Below, piece by piece: positions 45,305-55,864 of a stretch of 64,000 nt of DNA. The notes beneath the pieces were generated by a model. That model searched no databases. It worked only from the letters and a program-made list of their open reading frames with translations, and had not been told where the DNA came from. This DNA is from Candidatus Enterocola sp. (GTDB lineage: Bacteria > Bacteroidota > Bacteroidia > Bacteroidales > Paludibacteraceae). Both the position numbers and the translations under genes were made by a program. Every line of letters starts with the position of its first letter. Position 1 is the stretch's first letter. Where the stretch lies: positions 764 to 64,763 of the forward strand of contig JAZOMZ010000011.1 in assembly GCA_045654205.1 (NCBI GenBank), given 5' to 3'.

Positions 45305-48300
45305 TTATTTTACCATAATCTTCAATGTAGCATCCTCTACGGTTACTAAATAGATACCTGCATTTGCTACAGGTATTACAGTATTTACACCTGAGTAAAT
45401 AACACGTCCATCTAATCCACGTACAGTCACTACTCTACCTTCTGCATTTTCTACATAAATGGTACGGTTGTAAGCATAAACTTCAATACCTAGAGCAATT
45501 ACATCTTCGATACCTACAACTGGAACTGAAGATGTGCTTCCATCCATTTGATATAATGTAGCATTTTTACAAACTAGGTCAGCAGTTTGATTTCCTGTAC
45601 CACCAGAACCATTATTGAAGATGATATTCCATTGTTCAGGATCACCAATAGTCTTGTCGAATGTATATTTGAATACACCATCACCTAAACTTTCACATGG
45701 TTTACCTGGCCATTCTCCGCAGATTCTGTTAGCATCACTATCACCAGAACCATACCATACATAGCAGTATACAGTAGACCAACCATCAGGAGCTTGGAAG
45801 AACACAGCTTGTTCACCAGGAGCAACAGCTGGAGAATCTGAATCTGGAGTTGGATCTGGAGTTGGGGTTGGATCTGGAGTTGGGGTTGGAGTTACAGTAC
45901 CAGAACCTGTTCCTGCTTCGCAATCACCTTCTGCAATAGTTTTAACTACACTGCCACTATTATTATACATAGCACTCATCTTCAAAGAAGAAAGGTCAGC
46001 TGTTTGTTTACCACTACCGTCATTAAAGATAAATTTGTAACCAGAATAATCTGCATTTAAGGTAATCTTATAATTTCCATTGCCTAAGTTAGTCATCTTA
46101 GAACCAGGCCAATCACCAAGAGGTTTGTCATCACCCCAAATATATAGATTGATAGCATTACCCCAATCATTTGGTTTTTGGAAGAATACTGCAAATTCAC
46201 CTTTTGCAACACATGGATCAATAGCCACTTCTGGAGCACCACCGCCACCTACAGCACCGCTTGTACCAGCTTCTTGTTTACCGTCATAAGAAGGTCTTGT
46301 TGCGGTTACAGATTTAGCACCGTAGATATATTTACCATCTGTACCTACTTTGCCAGACACAGAACATTTACCTGTTTGTAATACATAAACACGTAAGTTA
46401 CCTTTGCCTGAACATGAAACTGAAAGTGAGCCATTAGATACAGTTTTGGTATCACCAGTTACTACATCAATGTATGTACCATTTTCAATACCGCTAAATG
46501 TAGCACCACCACTAATAGTTACAAGACAGTAAGAGTCTGTTTTTGAGTCTGTATAACGACGTTTGAATGCAAAAGTACCATTACAACCATCTGTGCTATA
46601 TTGACCTTTACGTAAAGCAGGCACTGCCATACGAATTTGGTTCAAGCGTTGGAAGTGAAGAGCAAGTGGGTGTTTAAGTGTTGCGTCTGCATTACCAGAT
46701 GCAGTATATTCTGCAAAACCTTTCACATTAATATCACCAGTGATATAACCACCATAGTATGCACGACCTGTTTCAGAAAGAGGGCCATTAGGACCTTTGT
46801 CAATTGCAGCGCCTTTTCTAAATTGGATTTCAGAACCGTAATAAATACAAGGAATACCACGGAATGTAAACATTAATGAAGCATTTTCTGCCCATACACT
46901 TTCGTCTTGATCAAAACGAACACTTTCTGGAGCACCATCTGGAGCGTAGTCATGTGAGTCTACATAAACAACGTTATATGTAGCGTCATTGTAATATTTA
47001 TCGCCAGATTTTACACCAAATGCTTCTGCAGCAGTTTTAAAGTTCCAGTGCATTGGGAAGTCAATTACACTGAAGTTATTCCATTTTGAATAATCTGGAG
47101 TATGATATTTATTACCACTTAAGAATGCATTGCTAGAGTTTGGTAAATTACTTTCACCAGCATAATCTACCGCTGTTTGTTCAACAGATTTCATATTGGT
47201 GTGATTACCAAGTTCACCTTCTTTTACTACAATATTATTCCAAGAAGTTTCACTTGTATCCCAAGAATAGTTCTTAGTTTCTTTCCATGTATAGAAATAA
47301 GGAGAAGCGTATTGTGTATTACGATATGTTACGTTACGTTCACGTGCACAAACCTCACCATACATAAAGAATGGACCACCATTACGTTTAGCTTTGTATT
47401 GTTCTGCAAGAGCAGTAAATTGAGGAAGGAATGCTTTATTGAATGTCAAACGAGAAATGTGACCAGATGTATCGATACGGAAACCGTCAACACCCATAGC
47501 AATAAATTTACCATAACATTCTACTAAATAGTTTGTCACAGCAGCATTTTCTGTATTTAAGTCTACACAGTCACCAGCAATTTGACCATACCAACGAGTA
47601 TGATTATCCCAGTTGAAGTGAGCATAGTGGTGCCAATAGTTTTTGCTATCGTTGTTTTGACCATCTGTATTCTTCATTTGAGCTAGACGCCAACCATATT
47701 GTTGTTGTACACTACTAGAGTAATTATCAGGTAGTCTACCACCATCTTTTTTGGTATAAGGAATCATACAAGCATCAATGTCTGCTTGTTTAGAGATTGT
47801 GGTGTCACGAGTAAATAGTTTGCAAAGATTTGCTTCACCGAAGTTACCTGTGTGGTTAAGAACGATATCAAGGATAATTTTCATACCCTTTGCGTGAGCA
47901 GCATTGATAAGTTCTTGAAAACCAACACCATTTGACTCATAACGGTGGTCTACTTTTGAAAAGTCGTGTGCGTGATAACCGTGATAGTCATAACCTGATG
48001 CATTTTCCACAACAGGGGTAATCCACACTGCAGTAAAGCCCATAGCTTTAATGTAATCTAATCTCTCAATAAGACCTTTAAAGTCTCCACGCCATGGTGG
48101 GTCATCTGCATTGGCAGATTGGTTATCCCAGCATTGAACGTTGTTGGATTCATCGCCATCGAAGAAACGAGTTGTCATTACAAAGTAAATAGACTCGTCG
48201 CGAAAATCCGAGCGAGTGCTGTTAAACACATCGCCATAGTTACTTGCAAGTGCAGTAAACGCAGGAGCGATCAGCATAAGAGCAAGCAACAAGAATGATT

Positions 48301-48313
48301 GCAACTTTTTCAT
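45305..48313 (-). CDS. GH13 alpha-amylase with two CBM25/26-like modules, a Pro/Thr/Asp linker and a T9SS C-terminal sorting domain
   Basis: GH13 regions DIVLNHTG, GFRIDTSGH, YGEV and VDSHD. Two W..V..Y.W......WPG modules. TPTPDPTPTPDPTPDSDS linker. C-terminal beta-sandwich ending AGIYLVTVEDATLKIMVK. Confidence 0.9.
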   Translation of the reverse strand: MKKLQSFLLLALMLIAPAFTALASNYGDVFNSTRSDFRDESIYFVMTTRFFDGDESNNVQCWDNQSANADDPPWRGDFKGLIERLDYIKAMGFTAVWITPVVENASGYDYHGYHAHDFSKVDHRYESNGVGFQELINAAHAKGMKIILDIVLNHTGNFGEANLCKLFTRDTTISKQADIDACMIPYTKKDGGRLPDNYSSSVQQQYGWRLAQMKNTDGQNNDSKNYWHHYAHFNWDNHTRWYGQIAGDCVDLNTENAAVTNYLVECYGKFIAMGVDGFRIDTSGHISRLTFNKAFLPQFTALAEQYKAKRNGGPFFMYGEVCARERNVTYRNTQYASPYFYTWKETKNYSWDTSETSWNNIVVKEGELGNHTNMKSVEQTAVDYAGESNLPNSSNAFLSGNKYHTPDYSKWNNFSVIDFPMHWNFKTAAEAFGVKSGDKYYNDATYNVVYVDSHDYAPDGAPESVRFDQDESVWAENASLMFTFRGIPCIYYGSEIQFRKGAAIDKGPNGPLSETGRAYYGGYITGDINVKGFAEYTASGNADATLKHPLALHFQRLNQIRMAVPALRKGQYSTDGCNGTFAFKRRYTDSKTDSYCLVTISGGATFSGIENGTYIDVVTGDTKTVSNGSLSVSCSGKGNLRVYVLQTGKCSVSGKVGTDGKYIYGAKSVTATRPSYDGKQEAGTSGAVGGGGAPEVAIDPCVAKGEFAVFFQKPNDWGNAINLYIWGDDKPLGDWPGSKMTNLGNGNYKITLNADYSGYKFIFNDGSGKQTADLSSLKMSAMYNNSGSVVKTIAEGDCEAGTGSGTVTPTPTPDPTPTPDPTPDSDSPAVAPGEQAVFFQAPDGWSTVYCYVWYGSGDSDANRICGEWPGKPCESLGDGVFKYTFDKTIGDPEQWNIIFNNGSGGTGNQTADLVCKNATLYQMDGSTSSVPVVGIEDVIALGIEVYAYNRTIYVENAEGRVVTVRGLDGRVIYSGVNTVIPVANAGIYLVTVEDATLKIMVK

Positions 48314-48516
48314 AAACTGTTAATATTTTAGGATTAAATAAAAATCTCTTCAATTTGCAAATGTAACCAAAAATTAAGAATTATTACACATTTCGACTCT
48401 ATTTAACGTTTAAAATTGAAAGAAAAAAGATATATTGAGAATGTTAATAAAATAACTCTTATAAATAAGGTATTAATAAAAGTTTTTACTATTTTTGCGG
48501 GAAATTTAGAAGTAGA

Positions 48517-50991
48517 ATGGCTAAAAAGTTAAATAACGAAAATTTTATAGTGAAAATTAAAGACTTTTTCTCAAACGAAAAGGTAAGAATCATTATAGGA
48601 ATTCTATTGGTTTTCTGTGCTTTTTATCTATTTTCTTCATTATTCTCATTTATTTTCTACGGCGACAAGGATTATAATCTGCTAAAACATAGCTTGGATG
48701 AATTAAGCCAAGAAACTAAAGTTTACGAAAACTGGATTGGATATGTGGGTGCAAAAATGGCTAATACCATTATAAATCAATGGTTTGGGGTAGCCGCACT
48801 ATTTTGGCCTTGGTTCTTGATTAGAGCTGGTATCCAATTAATTCACCCTCTAGGACAATATAATCTACCTAAAAAACTTGTTAACTTATTCTTTATTACC
48901 ATTTGGGGATCTGTTGCCACTGCATTTATCATTCCTACAATAAGCCTTGCGCCTTATATCCAAATGGGCGGTAATCATGGTAACGAAATAGTGAAATACC
49001 TTTCAACTCTAATTGGAAATGTCGGATTAGGTGCTATTATATTCCTTACTCTTCTTATTTTCCTTATAGATCCTGCTATTAGTTGGACAAAACGCATTTA
49101 TGCTTATATTGAAAGAAGAAACAAAGAAAGAAAAGAACGTTTAGAAGAGTTAGGAGTTAGGAGTGAGGAGTTAGGAGTTAATGAGGAAGATGATGAAGAA
49201 GACGATTTTCAAATAATTGACAAAGAAGAGGAAGACGTAGAAGAAAAAGAAGAACTAGAAGATACGACAGAGACAGAAGAAGCAGAAGAAGCAGAAGAAA
49301 CAGAAGAAACAGAAGAAACAGAAGAACCTGCAGATACTGAAGATACTGAAGAAATAGAAGAGACTGGAGAAGAAATTGAAAATGAAGAAGACTCTACAGA
49401 GCAACCTAACGAAGAAGACTCTGATGAAGTAGAATTCAGTGTAACAGTGGCAGAAGGTGAAGGTTCTGAAATAGTAGAACAAAACACAGACTACGATCCT
49501 ACCCTAGATTTAGAATACTATAAATATCCATCATACGACCTTCTTAAAGACTTTGGTGAAATTAAGAGCGTAGATGCTGCAGAGCAACAAGAAAACAAAG
49601 AACGCATCACCCAAACTTTAAGAAACTATGGTATTACAATCAAGAAAATTGATGCTACTGTTGGTCCTACAATTACTCTATATGAAATAGTGCCAGACGA
49701 TGGTATCCGTATTAGCAAAATCCGCAATTTGGGTGACGATATTGCGCTATCACTTGCAGCTATAGGTATACGTATTATCGCTCCTATTCCAGGTAGAGGA
49801 ACAGTGGGTATCGAGGTTCCAAACAAGAATCCACAGATTGTACCTATGCGTTCTCTTATTGCATCAGAGAAGTTCCAAAACACCACATACGACCTTCCAA
49901 TTGCTATTGGTAAGACCATCACAAATGAGGTATTTATGCTAGATTTATGCAAACTACCTCACCTACTTGTAGCAGGTGCCACAGGTCAAGGAAAGTCTGT
50001 TGGGCTAAATGCGATTATCACATCTTTACTTTACAAGAAACATCCTTCGCAACTTAAGATTGTGCTAATCGACCCTAAGAAAACTGAGTTTACACTTTAC
50101 TCTACTATAGAGAAACATTTCCTTGCAAAACTAGAAGACAGCGAAGACGCAGTTATCTCAGATGTAACAAAAGTTACCCAAACTCTTCAATCTGTTTGTA
50201 AAGAAATGGACACTCGTTTCGACTTGCTTAAAAAAGCACACGTAAGAAACATAAAAGAGTACAATGAGAAATTTACATCTCGTCAGTTAAACCCAGAAAA
50301 CGGTCACCGTTACCTACCTTATATGGTAGTGATTATCGATGAGTTTGCAGACCTTATTATGACTGCGGGTAAAGAAGTGGAAATGCCTATTGCTCGTATT
50401 GCACAGCTTGCTCGTGCGGCAGGTATTCACATGATTATTGCTACCCAACGTCCTTCTACCAATATTATTACTGGTTCTATCAAGGCTAACTTCCCTGGTC
50501 GTTTGGCATTTAGAGTATCATCTATGATCGACTCTCGTACCATTCTAGACTCACCGGGGGCAAATCAACTTATCGGTCGTGGCGACTTGCTGTTTAGCCA
50601 AGGCAACGACCTTACTCGTGTGCAATGTGCATTTGTTGACACTCCAGAGGTAGAAGCCATTTGTAATTTCATTAGCGACCAACAAGGTTATACTCACGCA
50701 TTCTATCTTCCAGAAGTAGATTTAGGCGATGGTGGCGACACAAATATGAGAGGCATTGATATGAGCCAACGCGATGCTATGTTTGAAGACGCAGCAAGAC
50801 TTGTAGTACTTAACCAAAGTGGTTCTACTTCTATGATTCAACGCAAATTCTCTATTGGTTACAACCGTGCAGGTAGAATTATGGACCAACTAGAAGCAGC
50901 AGGCATTGTAGGTCCTCAAGATGGAAGTAAAGGTCGTCAGGTTCTTGTAATGGACGAAGCACAATTAGAAAGAATATTCGAAACTTTATAA
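48517..50991 (+). CDS. ftsK: DNA translocase FtsK
   Basis: N-terminal TM segments, acidic repeat linker, motor domain [12 protein letters not shown] and VIIDEFADL, gamma domain [22 protein letters not shown]. Confidence 0.95.
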   Translation: MAKKLNNENFIVKIKDFFSNEKVRIIIGILLVFCAFYLFSSLFSFIFYGDKDYNLLKHSLDELSQETKVYENWIGYVGAKMANTIINQWFGVAALFWPWFLIRAGIQLIHPLGQYNLPKKLVNLFFITIWGSVATAFIIPTISLAPYIQMGGNHGNEIVKYLSTLIGNVGLGAIIFLTLLIFLIDPAISWTKRIYAYIERRNKERKERLEELGVRSEELGVNEEDDEEDDFQIIDKEEEDVEEKEELEDTTETEEAEEAEETEETEETEEPADTEDTEEIEETGEEIENEEDSTEQPNEEDSDEVEFSVTVAEGEGSEIVEQNTDYDPTLDLEYYKYPSYDLLKDFGEIKSVDAAEQQENKERITQTLRNYGITIKKIDATVGPTITLYEIVPDDGIRISKIRNLGDDIALSLAAIGIRIIAPIPGRGTVGIEVPNKNPQIVPMRSLIASEKFQNTTYDLPIAIGKTITNEVFMLDLCKLPHLLVAGATGQGKSVGLNAIITSLLYKKHPSQLKIVLIDPKKTEFTLYSTIEKHFLAKLEDSEDAVISDVTKVTQTLQSVCKEMDTRFDLLKKAHVRNIKEYNEKFTSRQLNPENGHRYLPYMVVIIDEFADLIMTAGKEVEMPIARIAQLARAAGIHMIIATQRPSTNIITGSIKANFPGRLAFRVSSMIDSRTILDSPGANQLIGRGDLLFSQGNDLTRVQCAFVDTPEVEAICNFISDQQGYTHAFYLPEVDLGDGGDTNMRGIDMSQRDAMFEDAARLVVLNQSGSTSMIQRKFSIGYNRAGRIMDQLEAAGIVGPQDGSKGRQVLVMDEAQLERIFETL
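49141..49184 (+). repeat. (TTAGGAG)-type heptamer block inside the ftsK linker
   Basis: ttaggag ttaggag tgaggag ttaggag ttaatga, the same unit as the intergenic block at 56908-56942. It encodes [16 protein letters not shown]. Confidence 0.85.
49276..49329 (+). repeat. Six tandem 9-mers GAAGAA(G/A)CA in the ftsK acidic linker
   Basis: Read directly from the sequence. Encodes [18 protein letters not shown]. Confidence 0.85.
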
Positions 50992-51008
50992 ATATAAATT
51001 CTCAAATT

Positions 51009-52289
51009 ATGAAAAGGGATTCAGCTATTTTTGACATTATTAAAAGAGAACGCGAACGCCAAATGAAAGGCATCGAGTTAATCGCTTCTGAAAACTTTGT
51101 TAGCGACCAAGTAATGGAAGCTATGGGTTCTGTACTTACCAACAAGTATGCAGAAGGTTACCCTGGCAAACGCTACTATGGTGGTTGCGAAGTGGTAGAC
51201 GAAAGTGAACAACTAGCTATCGACCGCCTAAAAGAAATTTTTGGCGCTTGCTGGGCAAATGTTCAACCTCACTCAGGTGCTCAAGCTAATGCTGCTGTAT
51301 TTTTAGCAGTTTTAAACCCTGGTGACAAATTCATGGGTCTTAACCTAGCTCACGGTGGTCATCTTTCTCACGGTTCACTAGTAAACTCTTCTGGTCTTAT
51401 TTACACTCCATGTGAATATAACCTAAACGAAGAAACTGGCCGTGTTGATTATGATCAAATGGAAGAAACAGCACTTCGTGAAAAACCAAAAATGATTATT
51501 GGTGGTGGTTCTGCTTACTCTCGTGAATGGGATTACAAACGCATGCGCGAAATAGCTGACAAAGTAGGTGCTATCCTTCTTGTGGATATGGCTCACCCTG
51601 CAGGTCTTATTGCAGCTGGCCTACTAGACAACCCACTTAAATATGCTCACATCGTTACTTCTACTACTCACAAAACTCTTCGTGGTCCTCGTGGTGGTGT
51701 GATTATGATGGGCGAAGATTTCCCTAACCCAAAAGGTATGAAAACTCCAAAAGGTGAAATCAAAATGATGTCTGCTTGCCTAGACTCTGCTGTGTTCCCT
51801 GGTATCCAAGGTGGTCCACTAGAACACGTTATCGCAGCAAAAGCAGTTGCATTTGGCGAATGTCTTCAACCAGAATACAAAGAATATCAAATTCAAGTGA
51901 AGAAAAACGCAGCTAAACTAGCTGAAGAACTTATCAAACGTGGTTTCAAAATCGTATCTGACGGTACAGACAACCACTCTATGCTAGTTGACCTACGTAC
52001 TAAATATCCAGATCTAACTGGTAAAGTAGCAGAAAAAGCTCTTGTAGCAGCCGACATTACATGTAACAAAAACATGGTTCCATTCGACAGCCGCTCTGCT
52101 TTCCAAACATCTGGTATCCGTCTTGGTACTCCTGCTATCACTACTCGTGGTGCAAAAGAAGACCTAATGGTTGTTATCGCAGAAATGATTGAAGAGGTTC
52201 TTAACAATCCAGAAGACGAAAACAGCATTGCAGCAGTTCGTGCTCGTGTAAACGACATTATGAAAGAATATCCATTATTTGCTTATTAA
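51009..52289 (+). CDS. glyA: Serine hydroxymethyltransferase
   Basis: [17 protein letters not shown]-lysine motif. Confidence 0.95.
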   Translation: MKRDSAIFDIIKRERERQMKGIELIASENFVSDQVMEAMGSVLTNKYAEGYPGKRYYGGCEVVDESEQLAIDRLKEIFGACWANVQPHSGAQANAAVFLAVLNPGDKFMGLNLAHGGHLSHGSLVNSSGLIYTPCEYNLNEETGRVDYDQMEETALREKPKMIIGGGSAYSREWDYKRMREIADKVGAILLVDMAHPAGLIAAGLLDNPLKYAHIVTSTTHKTLRGPRGGVIMMGEDFPNPKGMKTPKGEIKMMSACLDSAVFPGIQGGPLEHVIAAKAVAFGECLQPEYKEYQIQVKKNAAKLAEELIKRGFKIVSDGTDNHSMLVDLRTKYPDLTGKVAEKALVAADITCNKNMVPFDSRSAFQTSGIRLGTPAITTRGAKEDLMVVIAEMIEEVLNNPEDENSIAAVRARVNDIMKEYPLFAY

Positions 52290-52305
52290 TAATAAATTTA
52301 TAGAA

Positions 52306-53244
52306 ATGAACGCTCCAACTCCTTTCAAAGTATTCTGTGGCACAAAGTCAAGATACATGGCAGAAAAAGTGTGCGAAAAATTGGGTTGCCCACTAGGTAA
52401 CATGAATATCCAATATTTCGCTGACGGTGAATTCGTTGTTTCATACGAAGAATCTATTCGTGGTTGTGAAGTATATTTAGTACAATCAACATTCCCAAAT
52501 TCTGATAACTTATTAGAATTATTACTAATGATTGACGCTGCTAAACGTGCTTCTGCAAAGAAAATCATCCCTGTAATCCCTTATTTCGGTTGGGCTCGTC
52601 AAGACCGCAAAGATAAACCACGTGTTTCTATAGGTGCAAAATTAATAGCAGATTTATTAAGCACAGCTGGTATCGACCGCGTAATCACACTAGACCTACA
52701 TGCTGACCAAATTCAAGGATTCTTTGATTGCCCAGTAGACCACCTACTTGCTTCATCAATCTTCTTACCTTATATCCAATCTATGAACCTAGAAAACCTA
52801 GTTATTGCTTCTCCAGACGTAGGTGGTTCAAAACGTGCTAGCTCATACGCTAAATATTTAGGTGTAGACCTAGTTCTTTGCCACAAACAACGTGCTAAAG
52901 CAAACGTGGTAGAATCAATGAAGATTATTGGTGACGTACAAGGTAAAAACGTTATCATCCTTGACGACATGGTTGACACAGCAGGTACTATTACAAAAGC
53001 TGCAGACCTAATGATTGAAAATGGAGCTCTTTCTGTACGTGCATTCGCTTCTCACGGTGTGCTTTCAGATCCAGCTACAGAACGCATTGAAAAATCTCAA
53101 CTTACTGCTATCTACTTTACCGATTCAATTCCTTTAAGAAAAGAAAGCGAAAAAATTAAAGTATTAAGCGTTGCAGATTTAATTGCTAACACTATCATCA
53201 ACGTTAACACAAACAAATCTATTAGCTCTAGCTACTTAGTATAA
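52306..53244 (+). CDS. prs: Ribose-phosphate pyrophosphokinase
   Basis: Start at MNAPTPFKVF. Motifs YFGWARQDRK and DDMVDTAGT. Confidence 0.95.
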   Translation: MNAPTPFKVFCGTKSRYMAEKVCEKLGCPLGNMNIQYFADGEFVVSYEESIRGCEVYLVQSTFPNSDNLLELLLMIDAAKRASAKKIIPVIPYFGWARQDRKDKPRVSIGAKLIADLLSTAGIDRVITLDLHADQIQGFFDCPVDHLLASSIFLPYIQSMNLENLVIASPDVGGSKRASSYAKYLGVDLVLCHKQRAKANVVESMKIIGDVQGKNVIILDDMVDTAGTITKAADLMIENGALSVRAFASHGVLSDPATERIEKSQLTAIYFTDSIPLRKESEKIKVLSVADLIANTIINVNTNKSISSSYLV

Positions 53245-53256
53245 TAATCAATTAAG

Positions 53257-53290
53257 AGAATAGAAAAGGAGTATACTCCTTTTCTATTCT
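53257..53290 (+). terminator. Terminator after prs
   Basis: 34-nt palindrome agaatagaaaaggagt-at-actccttttctattct. Confidence 0.75.
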
Positions 53291-53306
53291 AATTTTTATA
53301 AACTAT

Positions 53307-53412
53307 CAAGGCTACGCCTTGATGATTTTTGGCGGCACCTCAGCAAATTAAGTAAACTTATTTGCACTCGGTTTGCGCAAAAATTCCTCATTCCTCATTC
53401 CACATTCCTAAT
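53307..53412. repeat. Modular repeat element upstream of rlmD
   Basis: Contains caaggctacgccttg, tgattttt, a 57-nt unit (53331-53387) and degenerate heptamers ttcctca x2, ttccaca and ttcctaa. Confidence 0.8.
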
Positions 53413-53421
53413 TTAAAAATA

Positions 53422-54831
53422 ATGTCTCGTAAAAAACCACTTCCTATTATAGAAGACCTTCTAATTACCGATGTTGCAGCAGAAGGAAAAGCAATTGCAC
53501 GTCACGAAGATTTAGTAATTTTCATTCCATACGCAGTTCCTGGCGATGTGGTAGATGTGCAAGTAACAAAGAAGAAAAAATCATACGCAGAAGCACGTGT
53601 TATCAACTATAAAAAATATTCTGACGTAAGAGCAACTCCATTCTGTGCACAATTTGGTCTTTGTGGTGGTTGTAAATGGCAAAACCTGCCATATTCTGAG
53701 CAATTAAAATACAAACAAAACCAAGTAGTAGACAACTTGGTACGCATTGGTAAACTAGATTTACCAGAAATTAGTCCTATTCTTGGCTCAAAACTTACCA
53801 CTCATTACAGAAACAAGCTAGAATTCACATTTTCTGCTAAGGCGTGGCTTACAACAGAAGAAATGCAACTTCCAGACGAGCAAAAAAGAAAAAAAGCTCT
53901 TGGTTTTCACATACCTGGATGTTTCGACAAGGTTCTTCATATTGAAAACTGCTATCTTCAAGACGAAATTTCAAACCGCATAAGAATTGCTACTCATAAG
54001 TATTGTATGGAAAACAACATTTCATACTTTGATTTGCGTGAGCAAGTGGGTATGATGCGTACTCTTATGATTAGAAATTCTGTTACCACAGGCGAACTTA
54101 TGGTTATTGTAGTATTTGCAGAGAAAGATGAAACTGTTTGGAATGGTCTATTGGAGCATTTAGCAACTTCTTTCCCAGAAATTACTTCCCTACTCTATAT
54201 TTGCAACCAAAAAGCAAACGACACTATTGGCGACCAAGAAGTGATGGTTTACAAAGGTAAAGATTTCTTCTACGAAACTATGGAAGACCTTAAATTTAAG
54301 GTTGGACCTAAGTCTTTCTATCAAACAAATACTCTACAAGCATACGAACTTTACAAAGTAGCTCGTGAGTTTGCAGGTCTTACAGGCAACGAAATGGTTT
54401 ACGACCTTTATACAGGTACTGGTACTATTGCAAACTTCGTGGCTAAAAAAGCAAAAAAAGTAGTAGGTATAGAATATGTGCCAGAGGCAATAGAAGATGC
54501 AAAAGTAAATGCTGAGCTAAATGGCTTAGACAACCTTCTTTTCTATGCTGGAGATATGAAAAACATCTTAACTGATGATTTCATTGCTGAGCACGGCAAA
54601 CCAGATGTTATCATTACCGACCCTCCTCGCGCTGGTATGCACGAAGACGTGATTAAGGTAATCCTAAACGCTGCTCCTGAAAAAATTGTTTATGTTAGTT
54701 GCAACCCTGCCACTCAAGCTCGCGACCTTGCCATGATGAGTGAGCAATACAAAATCGTTGCAGTGCAACCTGTGGATATGTTCCCACATACGCACCACGT
54801 CGAGAATGTTGTGTTACTTGAGAAATTTTAA
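53422..54831 (+). CDS. rlmD: 23S rRNA (uracil-C5)-methyltransferase RlmD/RumA family
   Basis: TRAM domain, Cys cluster CAQFGLCGGCKWQ, DPPRAG, SCNPAT. Start at MSRKKPLP; the ORF-track start at 53362 lies inside the repeat. Confidence 0.9.
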   Translation: MSRKKPLPIIEDLLITDVAAEGKAIARHEDLVIFIPYAVPGDVVDVQVTKKKKSYAEARVINYKKYSDVRATPFCAQFGLCGGCKWQNLPYSEQLKYKQNQVVDNLVRIGKLDLPEISPILGSKLTTHYRNKLEFTFSAKAWLTTEEMQLPDEQKRKKALGFHIPGCFDKVLHIENCYLQDEISNRIRIATHKYCMENNISYFDLREQVGMMRTLMIRNSVTTGELMVIVVFAEKDETVWNGLLEHLATSFPEITSLLYICNQKANDTIGDQEVMVYKGKDFFYETMEDLKFKVGPKSFYQTNTLQAYELYKVAREFAGLTGNEMVYDLYTGTGTIANFVAKKAKKVVGIEYVPEAIEDAKVNAELNGLDNLLFYAGDMKNILTDDFIAEHGKPDVIITDPPRAGMHEDVIKVILNAAPEKIVYVSCNPATQARDLAMMSEQYKIVAVQPVDMFPHTHHVENVVLLEKF

Positions 54832-54850
54832 AGCTTTAAAATCCCTCAAT

Positions 54851-54888
54851 AAAAAATAAAGTTGACTTTTGGTCAACTTTATTTTTTT
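54851..54888. terminator. Bidirectional terminator between rlmD and ispE
   Basis: aaataaagttgac-ttttg-gtcaactttattt flanked by A and T runs. Confidence 0.75.
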
Positions 54889-55014
54889 AACTCCTCACTC
54901 CTAACTTCTAACTACTCGCTACGCTCGTGATTTTTATTCCCTTCGGTCATCAACACGTGGCTGCACCTCGGCAAATTAAGTAAACTTATTTGCACTCGGT
55001 TTGCGCAAAAATTC
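54889..55014. repeat. Modular repeat element downstream of rlmD; supplies the last 9 codons and the stop of ispE
   Basis: Heptamers ctcctca/ctcctaa, actcgctacgctcg, tgattttt, attcccttcggtcatcaacacgt, then a 57-nt unit (54958-55014) that is 55/57 identical to 53331-53387. Confidence 0.85.
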
Positions 55015-55756
55015 CAAAGATTGTTGACCCAGAGCCAGACATAGCTGCATAAATGGCACCGCGATTGTAAAAATCTTGTTTAATGTCGGCAAGTTCTGGA
55101 TATTGAGCAAACACACTCTCTTCAAAGTCATTTACAAGACAATCCTTCCACTCTTCAACAGGAATATTTGGAAGTTCACTCAAATCTAATGCAGGCTGTT
55201 TTGGTTTTACATGACGATATGCATCTGCTGTAGAAACATGCACATTTGGTTTCACCCACTCTATTTTGTAACCCTCAAGAGAAAGTTCAATTGGCGAAAG
55301 TTCTGTGCCTATGCCAGTGGCAAGCATTGGTCTATTATAGATAAAAAATGGACAATCCGCACCTAGTTTTGATGCATACGAAGCCAACACATCATCTTTC
55401 AGACCTAAGTTAAACATCTCATTAAGAGCCTTTAAGGTAAAAGAAGCATCCGCTGAGCCACCTCCAAGTCCTGCTCCAAATGGAATGTTTTTTTGCATCG
55501 AAATCTTTACATTTGGCAAAGAAAAATCTTTTTGAAGTAGTCTATATGCCTTCACTACAAGGTTACTTTCCACATCACCATCTATCTTCAAACCCTCCAA
55601 ATTAAAAGAAAATTCAGATGCCTCTTCTATCTCAATTTTGTCTTTAATATCTAGTGGATAAAACACAGTTTCCAAGTTGTGATAACCATCTGCGCGTTTG
55701 CTTACAATGTGCAAACCCAAATTAATTTTAGCATTAGGATAAACTACCATAAACAT
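54986..55756 (-). CDS. ispE: 4-diphosphocytidyl-2-C-methyl-D-erythritol kinase
   Basis: AKINLGLHI and GLGGGSADAS GHMP-kinase motifs. The C-terminal GIFAQTECK is encoded by the repeat. Confidence 0.9.
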   Translation of the reverse strand: MFMVVYPNAKINLGLHIVSKRADGYHNLETVFYPLDIKDKIEIEEASEFSFNLEGLKIDGDVESNLVVKAYRLLQKDFSLPNVKISMQKNIPFGAGLGGGSADASFTLKALNEMFNLGLKDDVLASYASKLGADCPFFIYNRPMLATGIGTELSPIELSLEGYKIEWVKPNVHVSTADAYRHVKPKQPALDLSELPNIPVEEWKDCLVNDFEESVFAQYPELADIKQDFYNRGAIYAAMSGSGSTIFGIFAQTECK

Positions 55757-55864
55757 TTACTTTTTATATTAGCAAAAATAACATTTTATAACGAGATACC
55801 CAATTAAAATGATTGAGAAGAGAAAAAAAATTATTATTTTTGTAAGAATTAATTTTCTCTTATT

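Noticed and set aside
49209-49487. Minus-strand Ser-rich and Phe-rich ORFs inside ftsK.
   Set aside because: They are antisense translation of the GAA-rich acidic linker repeats, a compositional artefact.
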